64,000 nt of DNA from Burkholderiaceae bacterium (GCA_035254005.1 DATFBD010000140.1:769-64768), one strand, 5' to 3'. Positions 19,561 through 29,353 are shown, numbered from the stretch's first letter. The notes: a model not told the origin generated them from the letters alone. Made by a program: numbers and translations.

Positions 19561-22059
19561 ATGCAGAATCGAGACCCTTGGGCAGCCGCCCGTTCCCCAT
19601 CCTCCGCCGCACGCGCGCGTCCGCTGGCGCTGGCCATCTGGCGCGCGCTGCTGGGTGGCGCGTTCGCCGCCGGCGCACTGCTTGAACCGGCGGCGGCGGC
19701 TGACGCGCAGCCAGGCGCGCCGGCAGGGCAGGGCGAAGACGCCGCCATCGGCATCGTCACCATCACGGCGCAAAGCCGCACCCAGGCCGCGCAGTCCGTG
19801 CCGATCGCCATGCAGCTGATCAGTTCCGACCAGATCGGCAAGCTGGCTGCGCCCAACCTGTCGGCCATGAACGGCTACATTCCCGGCCTGGCTGTCGACG
19901 CCGAGCAACCGACCCAGCCGAAGTATGCGATGCGCGGCATCGGCACCAGCGACTTTGGCATCGGCACCGATTCGCCGGTGGGCGTGTATGTGGATGGCGT
20001 CTACACGGGCAAGACCGGCGGCGCGCTGATGAACTTCAACGACACGCAACGCGTCGAAGTGCTGAAAGGGCCGCAGGGGACGCTGTTCGGCCGTAACAGC
20101 GCGGGCGGTGCCATCTCTGTCATCACGCGCGAGCCGTCGCAGGAGCGCGCGGGGGAGGTGCATCTGCGGGCGGGCAACCACGGCCTGGCCTACATGGATG
20201 GCCTGCTCAACGTGCCGCTCAGCGAGTCGATGGCGCTGCGCGTGACGGTGGTGGACCAGTACAGCAAGGGTTGGCTGCGCGACGCGGCCACCGGCGAGCA
20301 CCTGAACGGCAACAGCGACTGGGGCACGCGCGCCACGCTGCGCTGGAACGCGCCGCTGCAGACCAAGGTGCTGCTGTCGTGGGAACACGAGAAGCTGGAC
20401 CAGAAGGCGCGTCCCGCCATCGGCCTGGTAGCCCTGCCGGCCGCGCCCGGCGTGCCGACTGTGCCCGTCAACCCGCAAGCCTACCTGGATCCGCGCACGG
20501 CGCCCGTCTACAACGACGCCATCGGCAACGCCGAGGCGCGCGATTTCGATGGCGTGACCTTGCGCGTGGAACGTCCGTTTGAATGGGGCACCTTCAATTC
20601 CACCACGGCCTACCGCCACTTCAAGTCGCGCAACCTGGAGGACAGCGACGGCACCAACCGTATCAACACCCATCTCGACACCATCAACTACGAGAGCAAC
20701 GGCAGCTGGCAGCAGGAGTTCAAACTGTCCGGCAAGACGGCGCTGGTGGACTGGGTGGGTGGCGCCAGCTTCTTCTACGAGAACGCGCACCAGACCAGCC
20801 AGATCGGCATGAACACGGATACGCTCGACACCGTGTTCGGCAACCTGGCCGGCATGCCCGTCTACACGCTGCTGGACGGCGCGGCGCAGCAGTTCGGCGT
20901 CCCGGCCAAGTTCTTCGGCAACGGCTGGCAGGAGAGCATGATCAACCGCGGCCAGTCCAAGGCCTACGCGCTGTTCGCCGACACCATCTGGCACGTCGCG
21001 CCGAAGACCAACCTGACGGCCGGCGTGCGGCTGACGCACGACGACAAACGCTTCTCGTGGTACAGCCCGAACCGCGATGCGCCGGGACTGGACGCCACGC
21101 TGGCGGCCCTGAACGCGCAGGGCTTCTTCCCCGGCCTGGTGCAGGCCGGCGCGCTGACGCCGGACCAGTTGCAGCAGGTGATGGGCGCGCTGACGCAGAA
21201 CATCGAGTTCAATAATCCATCCGCGGCCACGGCGGCCGTCAGCGCCCACAAGGGCTGGACCGACGTCAGCCCGCGCGTGGTGCTGGACTACAAGCTGACG
21301 CCGGCCGTGATGGTGTACGGCTCGGTCACCAAGGGCTATCAGGCCGGCGGCTTCAATGCGCTGGCCGTGGCGGGCAAGTACGAACCGGAGACGATCAGGA
21401 ACTACGAAGTGGGCTTGAAGAGCTATTTCCGCGAACAGCACCTGCTGGTCAATGCCTCGCTGTTCCACTACAAGTTCTCCAATTTGCAGTCGCTCAGCCT
21501 GATCGGCAATACCGGGTCGGCCATCCCCAGCTACCAGGTCAGCAGCAGCAACCAGGTCGCCACGGGTCTCGATGCGGAAGCACGCTGGCAGGCCACGCGC
21601 GACTTGCGGCTCACGTTCTCGTCCGAGTACATCAACCAGAAGTACCAGCATTTCGTCACCGGCGATGGGGTGGACCTGAGCGACCAGCCGGTGGGCGCGC
21701 CATTGTGGTCGGCGGCTGCCGGTGTCGATTACACGTGGCGCGATGCGTTCGGCGGCACAGTCAACGTCAGCGCGCAGCACGCCTACACGGGCGCCACGCG
21801 CTGCAATGCGGACGCGCTGCAAGGCGCCTGCCTGCGCACGCCCGCGTTCACGGTGGGCGCGGCGCGCCAGCATAGCGACCTGCGGCTGGGGTGGGAGGCC
21901 GACAGCGGCAACTGGGGCGTGGCGCTGTTCGTCAACAACGTGTTCGACAAGCGCTACGTGAACCGCATCGACAACACCTCGGCCGGCATCATGGGCACGC
22001 CGTTCGCGACGGTGTCGGAGCCGCGCCGGATAGGCGTCGAGCTGCGCGCCAGCTTGTAA
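19561..22059 (+). CDS. TonB-dependent receptor
   Basis: VTITAQSR TonB-box region, VGVYVDGVY, RVEVLKGPQGTLFGRNSAGGAI plug motif, C-terminal beta strand; GGAG RBS before 19561 (alternative in-frame ATG at 19462). Confidence 0.9.
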   Translation: MQNRDPWAAARSPSSAARARPLALAIWRALLGGAFAAGALLEPAAAADAQPGAPAGQGEDAAIGIVTITAQSRTQAAQSVPIAMQLISSDQIGKLAAPNLSAMNGYIPGLAVDAEQPTQPKYAMRGIGTSDFGIGTDSPVGVYVDGVYTGKTGGALMNFNDTQRVEVLKGPQGTLFGRNSAGGAISVITREPSQERAGEVHLRAGNHGLAYMDGLLNVPLSESMALRVTVVDQYSKGWLRDAATGEHLNGNSDWGTRATLRWNAPLQTKVLLSWEHEKLDQKARPAIGLVALPAAPGVPTVPVNPQAYLDPRTAPVYNDAIGNAEARDFDGVTLRVERPFEWGTFNSTTAYRHFKSRNLEDSDGTNRINTHLDTINYESNGSWQQEFKLSGKTALVDWVGGASFFYENAHQTSQIGMNTDTLDTVFGNLAGMPVYTLLDGAAQQFGVPAKFFGNGWQESMINRGQSKAYALFADTIWHVAPKTNLTAGVRLTHDDKRFSWYSPNRDAPGLDATLAALNAQGFFPGLVQAGALTPDQLQQVMGALTQNIEFNNPSAATAAVSAHKGWTDVSPRVVLDYKLTPAVMVYGSVTKGYQAGGFNALAVAGKYEPETIRNYEVGLKSYFREQHLLVNASLFHYKFSNLQSLSLIGNTGSAIPSYQVSSSNQVATGLDAEARWQATRDLRLTFSSEYINQKYQHFVTGDGVDLSDQPVGAPLWSAAAGVDYTWRDAFGGTVNVSAQHAYTGATRCNADALQGACLRTPAFTVGAARQHSDLRLGWEADSGNWGVALFVNNVFDKRYVNRIDNTSAGIMGTPFATVSEPRRIGVELRASL

Positions 22060-22066
22060 AAAAGAG

Positions 22067-22141
22067 AACCGGGGTCAGGTCATGCCGTTATGCAATCACG
22101 CATTCTGCGAGATTGCATAACGGCATGAACTGACCCCGGTT
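22067..22141. repeat. REP-like long palindrome, family A copy 2
   Basis: AACCGGGGTCAGGTCATGCCGTTATGCAATC...GATTGCATAACGGCATGAACTGACCCCGGTT between convergent genes. Confidence 0.9.
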
Positions 22142-22172
22142 TTAAGTTAGGACATGAGCCCGGTTGCTGGCG

Positions 22173-24161
22173 TTAGAAGTGCACCCCGCGCAGCAGCTGC
22201 TGCATGGCGATCTGCTCCGACGACAGTTGTGGCGCCTTCTTGCCGTCGCCGCCCTTGGCCGCGTCGGAGTCGGGGAACATGCGGAAGGTCGTGTTGAGCA
22301 CGATCTGCGCCACGCGCGGCATCAGCGCGTGCAGCACCTGGCCGAAGATGCCAACCCGGGTGGCGATGCGCACCGGCTTGTAGACGATGGCCTGGCCGAT
22401 CATGTCGGCCGCTTCCTCCGGCGACAGCGTCGGCACGTTCTGGTAGATCTTGGTCGGCGCGATCATCGGCGTGCGCACCAGCGGCATGTTGATGGTGGTG
22501 AACTTGATGCCCACGTCCGACAGTTCGGACGAGGCGCAGCGGGTCCACGCTTCCAGCGCCGCCTTCGAGGCCACGTAGGCCGAGAAGCGCGGGGCGTTGG
22601 TCAGCGTGCCAATCGAGGAGATGTTGATGATGTGGCCGCGCTTGTTGGCGATCATCGAGGGCAGCAAGCCCATGGTCAGGCGCAGGCAGCCGAAGTAGTT
22701 GAGCTGCATGGTGCGTTCGAAGTCGTGGAAGCGGTCGAAGCTCGATTCGATGGCGCGCCGGATCGAACGGCCGGCGTTGTTGACCAGCACGTCCACACCG
22801 CCGTGGTTTTCGAGCAGCAGCTGCACGAAGCGGTCGCAATCGGCCATGTCGGCCACGTCGGCCTGGTAGGTGATCAGCTGATGGCCGCGTGCTTCCACTT
22901 CGGCCTTGGCTTCGGCCAGCTTGTCCAGGTCGCGGCCGCAGATGATGGTGATGGCGCCCGCTTCAGCCAGCTTGTGCGCGGCGGCCAGGCCGATGCCCGA
23001 CGAGCCGCCCGTCACCAGCACCACCTTGCCGGCTACCTGGCCGCGCAGCGTATGGTCGATCTGCAGGGCCGGGTCCAGGTTGCGCTCCCAGTAATCCCAG
23101 ATCTTGGCCGCGTAGCTGTCGAGCGGCGGGCAGCTGATGCCGCTGCCCTTGAGCGCGGCGGCCGCGTCGCGGTTGTCGAAGCGGGTGGGGTAGTTGATGA
23201 AGCGCATCAGATCGTCCGGCAAGCCCAGGTCTTTCATGATGGCTTCGCGCAGGCGGCGCACCGGCGTCAGCGCGAACACGCCCTTGCGGATCGATTTGGG
23301 GATGAAGCCGAACAGGGCCGCGTTGATGCGCAGGCTCATGGTGGGCGCGTGGGCCGCGCGGCACAGGGTGTTGAGCACTTCGCCCACGCGCATCGGGTCG
23401 GGGTCGGTCAGGTGGAAGGCGCGCCCGTCGAGCTTGGGCAGGTGGGAAATGTGGTCCATCGCGTTGACCACGTAGTCGACCGGGACGATGTTGATGCGGC
23501 CGCCTTCGATGCCGATGGTGGGCATCCACGGTGGCAGCATCTGGCGGATGCGCTGGATCAGCTTGAAGAAGTAATAGGGGCCGTCGATCTTGTCCATCTC
23601 GCCCGTTTTAGAGTCGCCCACCACCATGCCAGGGCGGTACACGCGCCACGGGGTCTTGCATTCCTGGCGCACGATTTTTTCCGATTCATGCTTGGAGGCG
23701 AAGTAGGGGTGGTCCAGGCCTTCGGCTTCGTCGAACATGTCTTCGCGGAAGATGCCTTCGAACATGCCGGCGGCCGCGATCGAGCTCACGTGGTGGAAGG
23801 TGCCAGCCTGGATCGCGTTGGCGAACTCGACCGCGTTACGGGTACCGCCGATGTTGGTGGCCAGTTCCTCCTCGGGATCGGCCGCCATGTCGTAGATCGC
23901 CGCCAGGTGATAGAAGTGATCGATTTTTTTCGTCAGGTTCTTGATTTCATCCTTGGAAACGCCCAGCTTCGGTTTGCGCAGATCACCATATACTGGGATG
24001 ACACGGGTCTTGGTGGTGCCCCAATATTCGAGCAGGGCGGGCAGCTTGTCGCGGCTGCTGTCCCGCATCAGGATATGCACGACACTGCCTTTGCGCGCCA
24101 GCAGCTTCTTTACCAACCGTTTGCCGATGAATCCAGTTGCCCCTGTAACAAAATACTGCAT
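22173..24161 (-). CDS. Two-domain SDR fatty acyl-CoA reductase (Marinobacter Maqu_2507/AcrB-like)
   Basis: Two Rossmann motifs TGATGFIG and TGGSSGIG, YFASK and YVASK, NNAGRSIRR, MPLVRTPMIAPT. Confidence 0.85.
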   Translation of the reverse strand: MQYFVTGATGFIGKRLVKKLLARKGSVVHILMRDSSRDKLPALLEYWGTTKTRVIPVYGDLRKPKLGVSKDEIKNLTKKIDHFYHLAAIYDMAADPEEELATNIGGTRNAVEFANAIQAGTFHHVSSIAAAGMFEGIFREDMFDEAEGLDHPYFASKHESEKIVRQECKTPWRVYRPGMVVGDSKTGEMDKIDGPYYFFKLIQRIRQMLPPWMPTIGIEGGRINIVPVDYVVNAMDHISHLPKLDGRAFHLTDPDPMRVGEVLNTLCRAAHAPTMSLRINAALFGFIPKSIRKGVFALTPVRRLREAIMKDLGLPDDLMRFINYPTRFDNRDAAAALKGSGISCPPLDSYAAKIWDYWERNLDPALQIDHTLRGQVAGKVVLVTGGSSGIGLAAAHKLAEAGAITIICGRDLDKLAEAKAEVEARGHQLITYQADVADMADCDRFVQLLLENHGGVDVLVNNAGRSIRRAIESSFDRFHDFERTMQLNYFGCLRLTMGLLPSMIANKRGHIINISSIGTLTNAPRFSAYVASKAALEAWTRCASSELSDVGIKFTTINMPLVRTPMIAPTKIYQNVPTLSPEEAADMIGQAIVYKPVRIATRVGIFGQVLHALMPRVAQIVLNTTFRMFPDSDAAKGGDGKKAPQLSSEQIAMQQLLRGVHF

Positions 24162-24253
24162 TCGACTTCTCCTTTTGTGTTTTTGGTAATCCGCTGCCGC
24201 ATCATTACAGGCCCGCTTATGATTGGCAAGTGCCGTGTTTTAAGGGCGAGACA

Positions 24254-24294
24254 CATTAGAACGGCGGCTCTATCGCATTAGAATCACGTCTCTA
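24254..24294. promoter_or_regulatory. Tandem candidate operators CATTAGAA-N7-TCTA x2
   Basis: Two copies with a 22-bp period in the divergent reductase/phasin promoter. Confidence 0.55.
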
Positions 24295-24356
24295 GTTTTG
24301 CTGTCTAAAATGAAATTATGTAAATCCGAATCAATGAAAACAAACAGGAGCGCACC

Positions 24357-25115
24357 ATGGTAAAGAAACTGAAGACTCTGGCAAAAGACGACGACAAACA
24401 ACTGGCGAACGCCGTGCGTAATTCGGCCCAGCAAATCTGGCAGGCCGGCCTGGGCGCATTCGCCAAGGCGCAAGAGGAAGGTGGCCGTGTGTTCGCCAAG
24501 CTGGTCAAGGAAGGCACCGAGCTGCAAAAGCGTACCCGCAGCCTGGCCGAAGAAAAAGTATCGGACGTGCGCGATACCGTCAGCGGCCTGGCCGATGGCA
24601 TGGGTAAGCAAGCGGCCGGTTCGTGGGACAAGCTGGAGCAAGTGTTCGAAGAGCGCGTGGCGCGTGCCCTGAGCTCGATCGGCGTGCCGACCAGCAAGGA
24701 CGTGCAGACCCTGAGCAAGCGCGTGGAACAACTGAGCAAGGCCGTTGAGCAGCTGACCGGCAAGAAGCTGCCCGCCGCCAAGGCTGAGCCGAAAGCGGCC
24801 GCCGCCAAGAAGCCTGCCGCTAAAGCCGCCGCCAAGCCAGCCGCCAAGGCTGCACCGAAAGCTGCGGCCAAGCCTGCCGCCAAGCCTGCGGCTAAGGCCG
24901 CCGCCAAGCCTGCCGCCAAAGCCGCTGCCAAGCCTGCAGCGAAAGCCGCCGCCAAGCCTGCTGCGAAAGCCAAGCCAGCCGCCAAGGCCAAGCCAGCCGC
25001 CAAGGCCGCCATCAGCTTCCCGACCGTCGCTTCCGTCAAAGCGGCCGCCGAGACCAAGAAGCCAGCAGCCGCCCCTGTGAACGCTGTCGCCCCGGCGGAA
25101 ACGCCGGCGGCCTGA
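24357..25115 (+). CDS. phaF: PhaF-like granule-associated phasin with histone H1-like AAKP tail
   Basis: QIWQAGLGAFAKAQEEG, WDKLEQVFEERVARAL, repeated AAKP. Confidence 0.82.
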   Translation: MVKKLKTLAKDDDKQLANAVRNSAQQIWQAGLGAFAKAQEEGGRVFAKLVKEGTELQKRTRSLAEEKVSDVRDTVSGLADGMGKQAAGSWDKLEQVFEERVARALSSIGVPTSKDVQTLSKRVEQLSKAVEQLTGKKLPAAKAEPKAAAAKKPAAKAAAKPAAKAAPKAAAKPAAKPAAKAAAKPAAKAAAKPAAKAAAKPAAKAKPAAKAKPAAKAAISFPTVASVKAAAETKKPAAAPVNAVAPAETPAA

Positions 25116-25203
25116 GCCAGCGGACACGGCGCCGATTCCCCTCGGTCCTCACCCCGGCCTGTGCACGGGCCGGGTCCGGGGGGAACACTTGCGTAGCAGA
25201 TAA

Positions 25204-25266
25204 ATGGGGACGTACCCCAATTAACCGGGTTGCATCCCCGATTAATTGGGGTACGTCCCCAATTAA
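25204..25266. repeat. REP-like repeat family B, three 21-bp units
   Basis: TGGGGACGTACCCCAATTAA / degenerate CCGGGTTGCATCCCCGATTAA / TTGGGGTACGTCCCCAATTAA; units 1 and 3 are inverted. Confidence 0.8.
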
Positions 25267-25373
25267 TTGATGAAGCACTCTTTTTTTTGCACAGTATCGT
25301 CCTCACTCTTGTGGCATGGAAACACCCCACGAGTAAGTATCGCCGGTAACACCTGAAGAATTGTAGTATCGCC

Positions 25374-26651
25374 ATGCCCAAGATTGCCGCAACACCCCGC
25401 AAGTCCACCCGCCGCGCTGGCGCCGCCGCGCCGCGCCGGGCGCCCCGCGCAGCGCCACCCAAGCCCCGCATCGGCCTGGCACTGGCCGGCGGCGGGCCAC
25501 TGGCCGCCGTGTATGAAATCGGCGCGCTGGCCGCGCTGGAGGAGGCGGTGGAAGGGCTGGACCTGAATGACGCGAAAATCTATGTGGGCGTGAGCGCGGG
25601 CGGCATCATCGCCGCCGGCCTGGCCAATGGCGTCACGCCGCACCAGATGTGCCGGCTGTTCATCGAGAGCGATGTGGATGCCGTCGATGGCGCCATCCTG
25701 TTTAAGCCGGAAACATTGTTGCGGCCGGCACTGAAGGAATTCGGCAAGCGCGTGAGCGCGGCGCCGGGCTTGTTCGCCAGTGCGCTGTTCCATTACGTGA
25801 GCCGGCGCGGCACGCTGGCCGCCTCGTTCGAGCGCCTCAAGGAATTGCTACCGGCCGGCTTCTTCTCGGGCGACGCGATTGGCGATTTCCTGGCCGCCAC
25901 GTTTTCCCAGGCCGGCCGCAGCAACGACTTCCGCAAGCTGCGCCGCAAGCTGGTGATCGTGGCCACCGATCTCGATACGGGCAAGGCCGTGCGCTTTGGC
26001 ACGCCGGGCTGGGACAAGACGCCCATTTCCGTCGCCGTGCAAGCCAGTTCGGCCGTACCTGGCCTGTTCCCGCCGGTGGAGGTCGATGGCCACCATTTCG
26101 TCGACGGCGCGCTGCGCAAGACCATGCACGCCTCGATCGCGCTGGAAGAGGGCGTGGACCTGCTGCTGTGCGTCAATCCCATCGTGCCCTACAACGCGCG
26201 CTTCCAGGAGGGCGCGCGCAAGCTGGCCAATGGCGGCTTGCTCGATGTGTTGTCGCAAACGCTGCGCTCGATTCTGCATTCGCGCCTGGAAACGGGCCTG
26301 GCCAGCTACCAGATCAGCCATCCGGAGGTCGACATCCTGTTGTTCCAGCCCAGCGAGGATGACGCGGAGCTGTTTTTTACCAACATTTTCAGCTACAACA
26401 ACCGGCGCCGGATGTGCGAGCAGGCTTACCAGAACACCCGTTTGATGCTGTGGGAACAGCGCGAAACGCTGGGGCCCAAGCTGGCGCGCCATGGCATGCG
26501 TCTCAAATTGTCCGTGCTCAGCGACACCAGCTTGTCCCTGGTAAGCCAGAAGCCGGCCCGCAAGGCCACCACGCGGCTGGACAATGTGCTCAACGACCTT
26601 GAACGGTATTTAAAAGTAGTCCATGGCCATCCAACGCACGGCAGTTTCTAA
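25374..26651 (+). CDS. Patatin-like phospholipase
   Basis: LALAGGG, GVSAG nucleophile, DGA motif. Confidence 0.88.
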   Translation: MPKIAATPRKSTRRAGAAAPRRAPRAAPPKPRIGLALAGGGPLAAVYEIGALAALEEAVEGLDLNDAKIYVGVSAGGIIAAGLANGVTPHQMCRLFIESDVDAVDGAILFKPETLLRPALKEFGKRVSAAPGLFASALFHYVSRRGTLAASFERLKELLPAGFFSGDAIGDFLAATFSQAGRSNDFRKLRRKLVIVATDLDTGKAVRFGTPGWDKTPISVAVQASSAVPGLFPPVEVDGHHFVDGALRKTMHASIALEEGVDLLLCVNPIVPYNARFQEGARKLANGGLLDVLSQTLRSILHSRLETGLASYQISHPEVDILLFQPSEDDAELFFTNIFSYNNRRRMCEQAYQNTRLMLWEQRETLGPKLARHGMRLKLSVLSDTSLSLVSQKPARKATTRLDNVLNDLERYLKVVHGHPTHGSF

Positions 26652-26703
26652 AGTAGCAGCTTCGGTGTTATGCTTGCAGGAGAATAAAGAGAGATCGCCT
26701 GCT

Positions 26704-27369
26704 ATGCTACAAAAAGCTCCCCGCCGCACCCGAGAACGCATCCTGGAATTATCCCTGCGCTTATTTAACGAATTTGGCGAGCCGAATATCACGACCACCG
26801 TGATAGCCGAGGAGATGAATATCTCGCCGGGTAATCTGTACTACCACTTCCGCAACAAGGACGACATCGTCAATTCGATCTTTTCGCAATTCGAAGCGGA
26901 AATCGAACGCATCCTGACGGTGCCCGATGGCCGCCGTTCGAATATCGAGGACGTGTGGCTGTATTTGCACCTGATGTTTGAACTGATCTGGCGCTACCGT
27001 TTCTTTTACCGCGACCTGAACGATCTGTTGTCGCGCAACCGCAAGCTGGAACTGCATTTCAAGCAGATCCTGGCGCACAAGATCAAGGTCGCCAAGCAGC
27101 TGTGCGAAGACTTGCGCAGCGAACAGTCGATGGAAGCGAGCGACGTCGCCATCGACGCCATGGCCACCAACATGGTGGTGGTGGCGACCTACTGGCTGTC
27201 GTATGAATACGTGCGCAACCCGCGCAAATACACGGAGCAGCAATCGATGGCGGACGCGCTGGCGCGCGGCTGCTACCAGGTGCTGTCGCAGATCGGCCCT
27301 TACCTGCGCGGCGAGACCAGCGTGCTGTTCCAGAAGTTGTCTGAAGAATATTTGAAGAAGTTGAAATAA
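26704..27369 (+). CDS. TetR family regulator, PhaD-like
   Basis: TRERILELSLRLFNEFGEPNITT...ISPGNLYYHFRNK, LIWRYRFFYRDL; ATG at 26704. Confidence 0.85.
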   Translation: MLQKAPRRTRERILELSLRLFNEFGEPNITTTVIAEEMNISPGNLYYHFRNKDDIVNSIFSQFEAEIERILTVPDGRRSNIEDVWLYLHLMFELIWRYRFFYRDLNDLLSRNRKLELHFKQILAHKIKVAKQLCEDLRSEQSMEASDVAIDAMATNMVVVATYWLSYEYVRNPRKYTEQQSMADALARGCYQVLSQIGPYLRGETSVLFQKLSEEYLKKLK

Positions 27370-27397
27370 AAAATCGAAATAACTCTCGGAGAAAACT

Positions 27398-28171
27398 ATG
27401 GCATGGAGTAAATTCCCGCATCCTGACGATGCTTATGTGTACACGGCGGCCAGCCTGAAGAAGAACTGGGCCCGTTTGCACGTGGGCGATGCGGAACCGT
27501 TCCCCAAAGACGCGCGCCTGGTCGAGGCGTGGATCGCCTTCCATGCGGGCGATTTCGAACGCGCCACCCAGATCGGGCTGGACGTGGGTGTGGACGGTTA
27601 TTCCGTGGCGCACAAGGCTACCTGCATGTACGCCACCTACCTGGAAAAGAGCGAGAAGAAAAAGATCGCCACTTTCGAGGAAGTGGCCGAGCGCTGCGAG
27701 CGCCAGCAGCAGGAACAGCCCGACAACGCGAACGGCTACTACTGGCATGCCTATGCGCTGGGCCGCTATGCCCAGGGCATCTCCGTGGTCAAGGCGCTGG
27801 CCCAGGGCGTCGGTGCCAAGGTCAAGCACAGCCTGGACATGACGCTCAAGCTGGCGCCCAAGCATGCGGACGCCCACATCGCGCTGGGCACCTACCACAG
27901 CGAGATCATCGACAAGGTGGGCGCCATGATCGGCGGCCTGACTTACGGCGTGAAGAAGGAAGAAGGCTTCAAGCACTTCAAGAAGGCGCTGGAACTCAAT
28001 CCCGACTCGGCCATCGCCCGCATCGAGTATGCTAACGCCCTGGTCATGCTCGACGGCAAAAAGAAGATGGACGAAGCCGTCGCCCTGTACGAGGCCGCGG
28101 CCGCCTGCGAACCGCGCGATGCGATGGAGCGGCTGGACGTGGAACTGGCGAAAGAGGAACTTGAGGATTAA
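27398..28171 (+). CDS. TPR-like helical repeat protein
   Basis: TPR-like segments (YALGRYAQ, FKKALELNPD); GGAG RBS. Confidence 0.7.
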   Translation: MAWSKFPHPDDAYVYTAASLKKNWARLHVGDAEPFPKDARLVEAWIAFHAGDFERATQIGLDVGVDGYSVAHKATCMYATYLEKSEKKKIATFEEVAERCERQQQEQPDNANGYYWHAYALGRYAQGISVVKALAQGVGAKVKHSLDMTLKLAPKHADAHIALGTYHSEIIDKVGAMIGGLTYGVKKEEGFKHFKKALELNPDSAIARIEYANALVMLDGKKKMDEAVALYEAAAACEPRDAMERLDVELAKEELED

Positions 28172-28177
28172 TCGGCC

Positions 28178-28732
28178 GTGACAAAATCGATCTGCGTGTA
28201 CTGCGGCGCCAACCCCGGCGCCAGCCCCCGTTATGCGGACGCGGCCCGCGCGCTGGGCCGCGCGCTGGTCGATGACAATATCGCGCTAGTGTACGGCGGC
28301 GGCAATGTGGGCCTGATGGGCATCATCGCCGACGAAGTGCTGCGCCTGGGCGGCGACGTGACGGGCGTGATCCCGACGGCGCTGCTGGAGCGCGAAGTGG
28401 GCCACATGGGCTTGACGCGCCAGTTCATCGTCAAGGACATGCACGAACGCAAGGCCATGATGGCCAAGCTGGCCGACGGCTTCATCGCCATGCCCGGCGG
28501 CATGGGCACGCTCGAGGAATTGTTCGAGATGCTGACGTGGTCGCAGCTGGGCATCCATAGCAAGCCGGTCGGGCTGCTCAACGTGGACGGTTTTTATGAC
28601 GGCCTGATGGGCTTCATCGGCCATGCCAGCGGCGAAGGTTTCATCCGCCCGCAGCACGCGGCCCTGATGATGGTGGAATCCGATCCGCAAGCGCTGGTGC
28701 AACGCCTGCGCTCACGCCACGCCGCCGCTTAA
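28178..28732 (+). CDS. LOG family nucleotide phosphoribohydrolase (TIGR00730)
   Basis: ICVYCG, VYGGGNVGLMG, MHERK, PGGMGTLEE. Confidence 0.92.
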   Translation: MTKSICVYCGANPGASPRYADAARALGRALVDDNIALVYGGGNVGLMGIIADEVLRLGGDVTGVIPTALLEREVGHMGLTRQFIVKDMHERKAMMAKLADGFIAMPGGMGTLEELFEMLTWSQLGIHSKPVGLLNVDGFYDGLMGFIGHASGEGFIRPQHAALMMVESDPQALVQRLRSRHAAA

Positions 28733-29238
28733 GACCAGAGCCGCTGGCCGGCCGTATCGAGCTGGGTCAGGTACAGCCGCAAGTCGAACTCATACTGGTG
28801 GTAGTTCGGTTCCATGTAGGTGCACAGCTTGTAGAACGCCTTGTCGTGCTGTTTTTCCTTCACGTGCGCCAGTTCATGGACGGCGATCATGCGCAGGAAT
28901 TCCAGCGGCACTTCCTTGAACACGGTGGCCACGCGGATCTCGTGTTTGGCCTTGAGCTTGCCGCCCTGCACGCGTGAAATCGACGTGTGCAAACCCAGCG
29001 CGTGGTTGATCACGTGGATCTTGCTGTCGAATTCCACCTTGTTGATCGGCTCCGCGTTGCGCAAGTGTTCAGTTTTCAAATCCTGCACGTACTGGTACAG
29101 CGCCTTGTCGGTGCGGATGTCGTGCGCCTTCGGGTAGCGCTTGAGCAGCACTTCGCCCAGGCGGTTTTGCGCGATCAGTTGCGACACCTGTTGCTGGGTC
29201 TGTTCGGAATAGGCGCTGAGGTACTTGAGGACGGACAT
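28729..29238 (-). CDS. ygjP: YgjP-like (DUF45) metal-dependent hydrolase / UTP pyrophosphatase
   Basis: SRVQGGKLKAK, VHELAH...HDKAFY; ATG at 29238. Confidence 0.82.
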   Translation of the reverse strand: MSVLKYLSAYSEQTQQQVSQLIAQNRLGEVLLKRYPKAHDIRTDKALYQYVQDLKTEHLRNAEPINKVEFDSKIHVINHALGLHTSISRVQGGKLKAKHEIRVATVFKEVPLEFLRMIAVHELAHVKEKQHDKAFYKLCTYMEPNYHQYEFDLRLYLTQLDTAGQRLWS

Positions 29239-29353
29239 GATGGAAAGGCAAGAGCGGGCCGGGCGGGGGAGGCGGAAATATACCACAGCCGCTCAAAACG
29301 CCGTATGATGAGGCCGTGTCTTCACCGCTGTGCTCGTCCCGCTCTTTCCTCCC

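Noticed and set aside
24780-25010. Tandem DNA repeats in the phasin gene
   Set aside because: Explained by the coding AAKP tail typical of PhaF/AlgP-like proteins
29239-29353. SOS (LexA) box upstream of the cho-like gene
   Set aside because: No CTGT-N8-ACAG match found by eye
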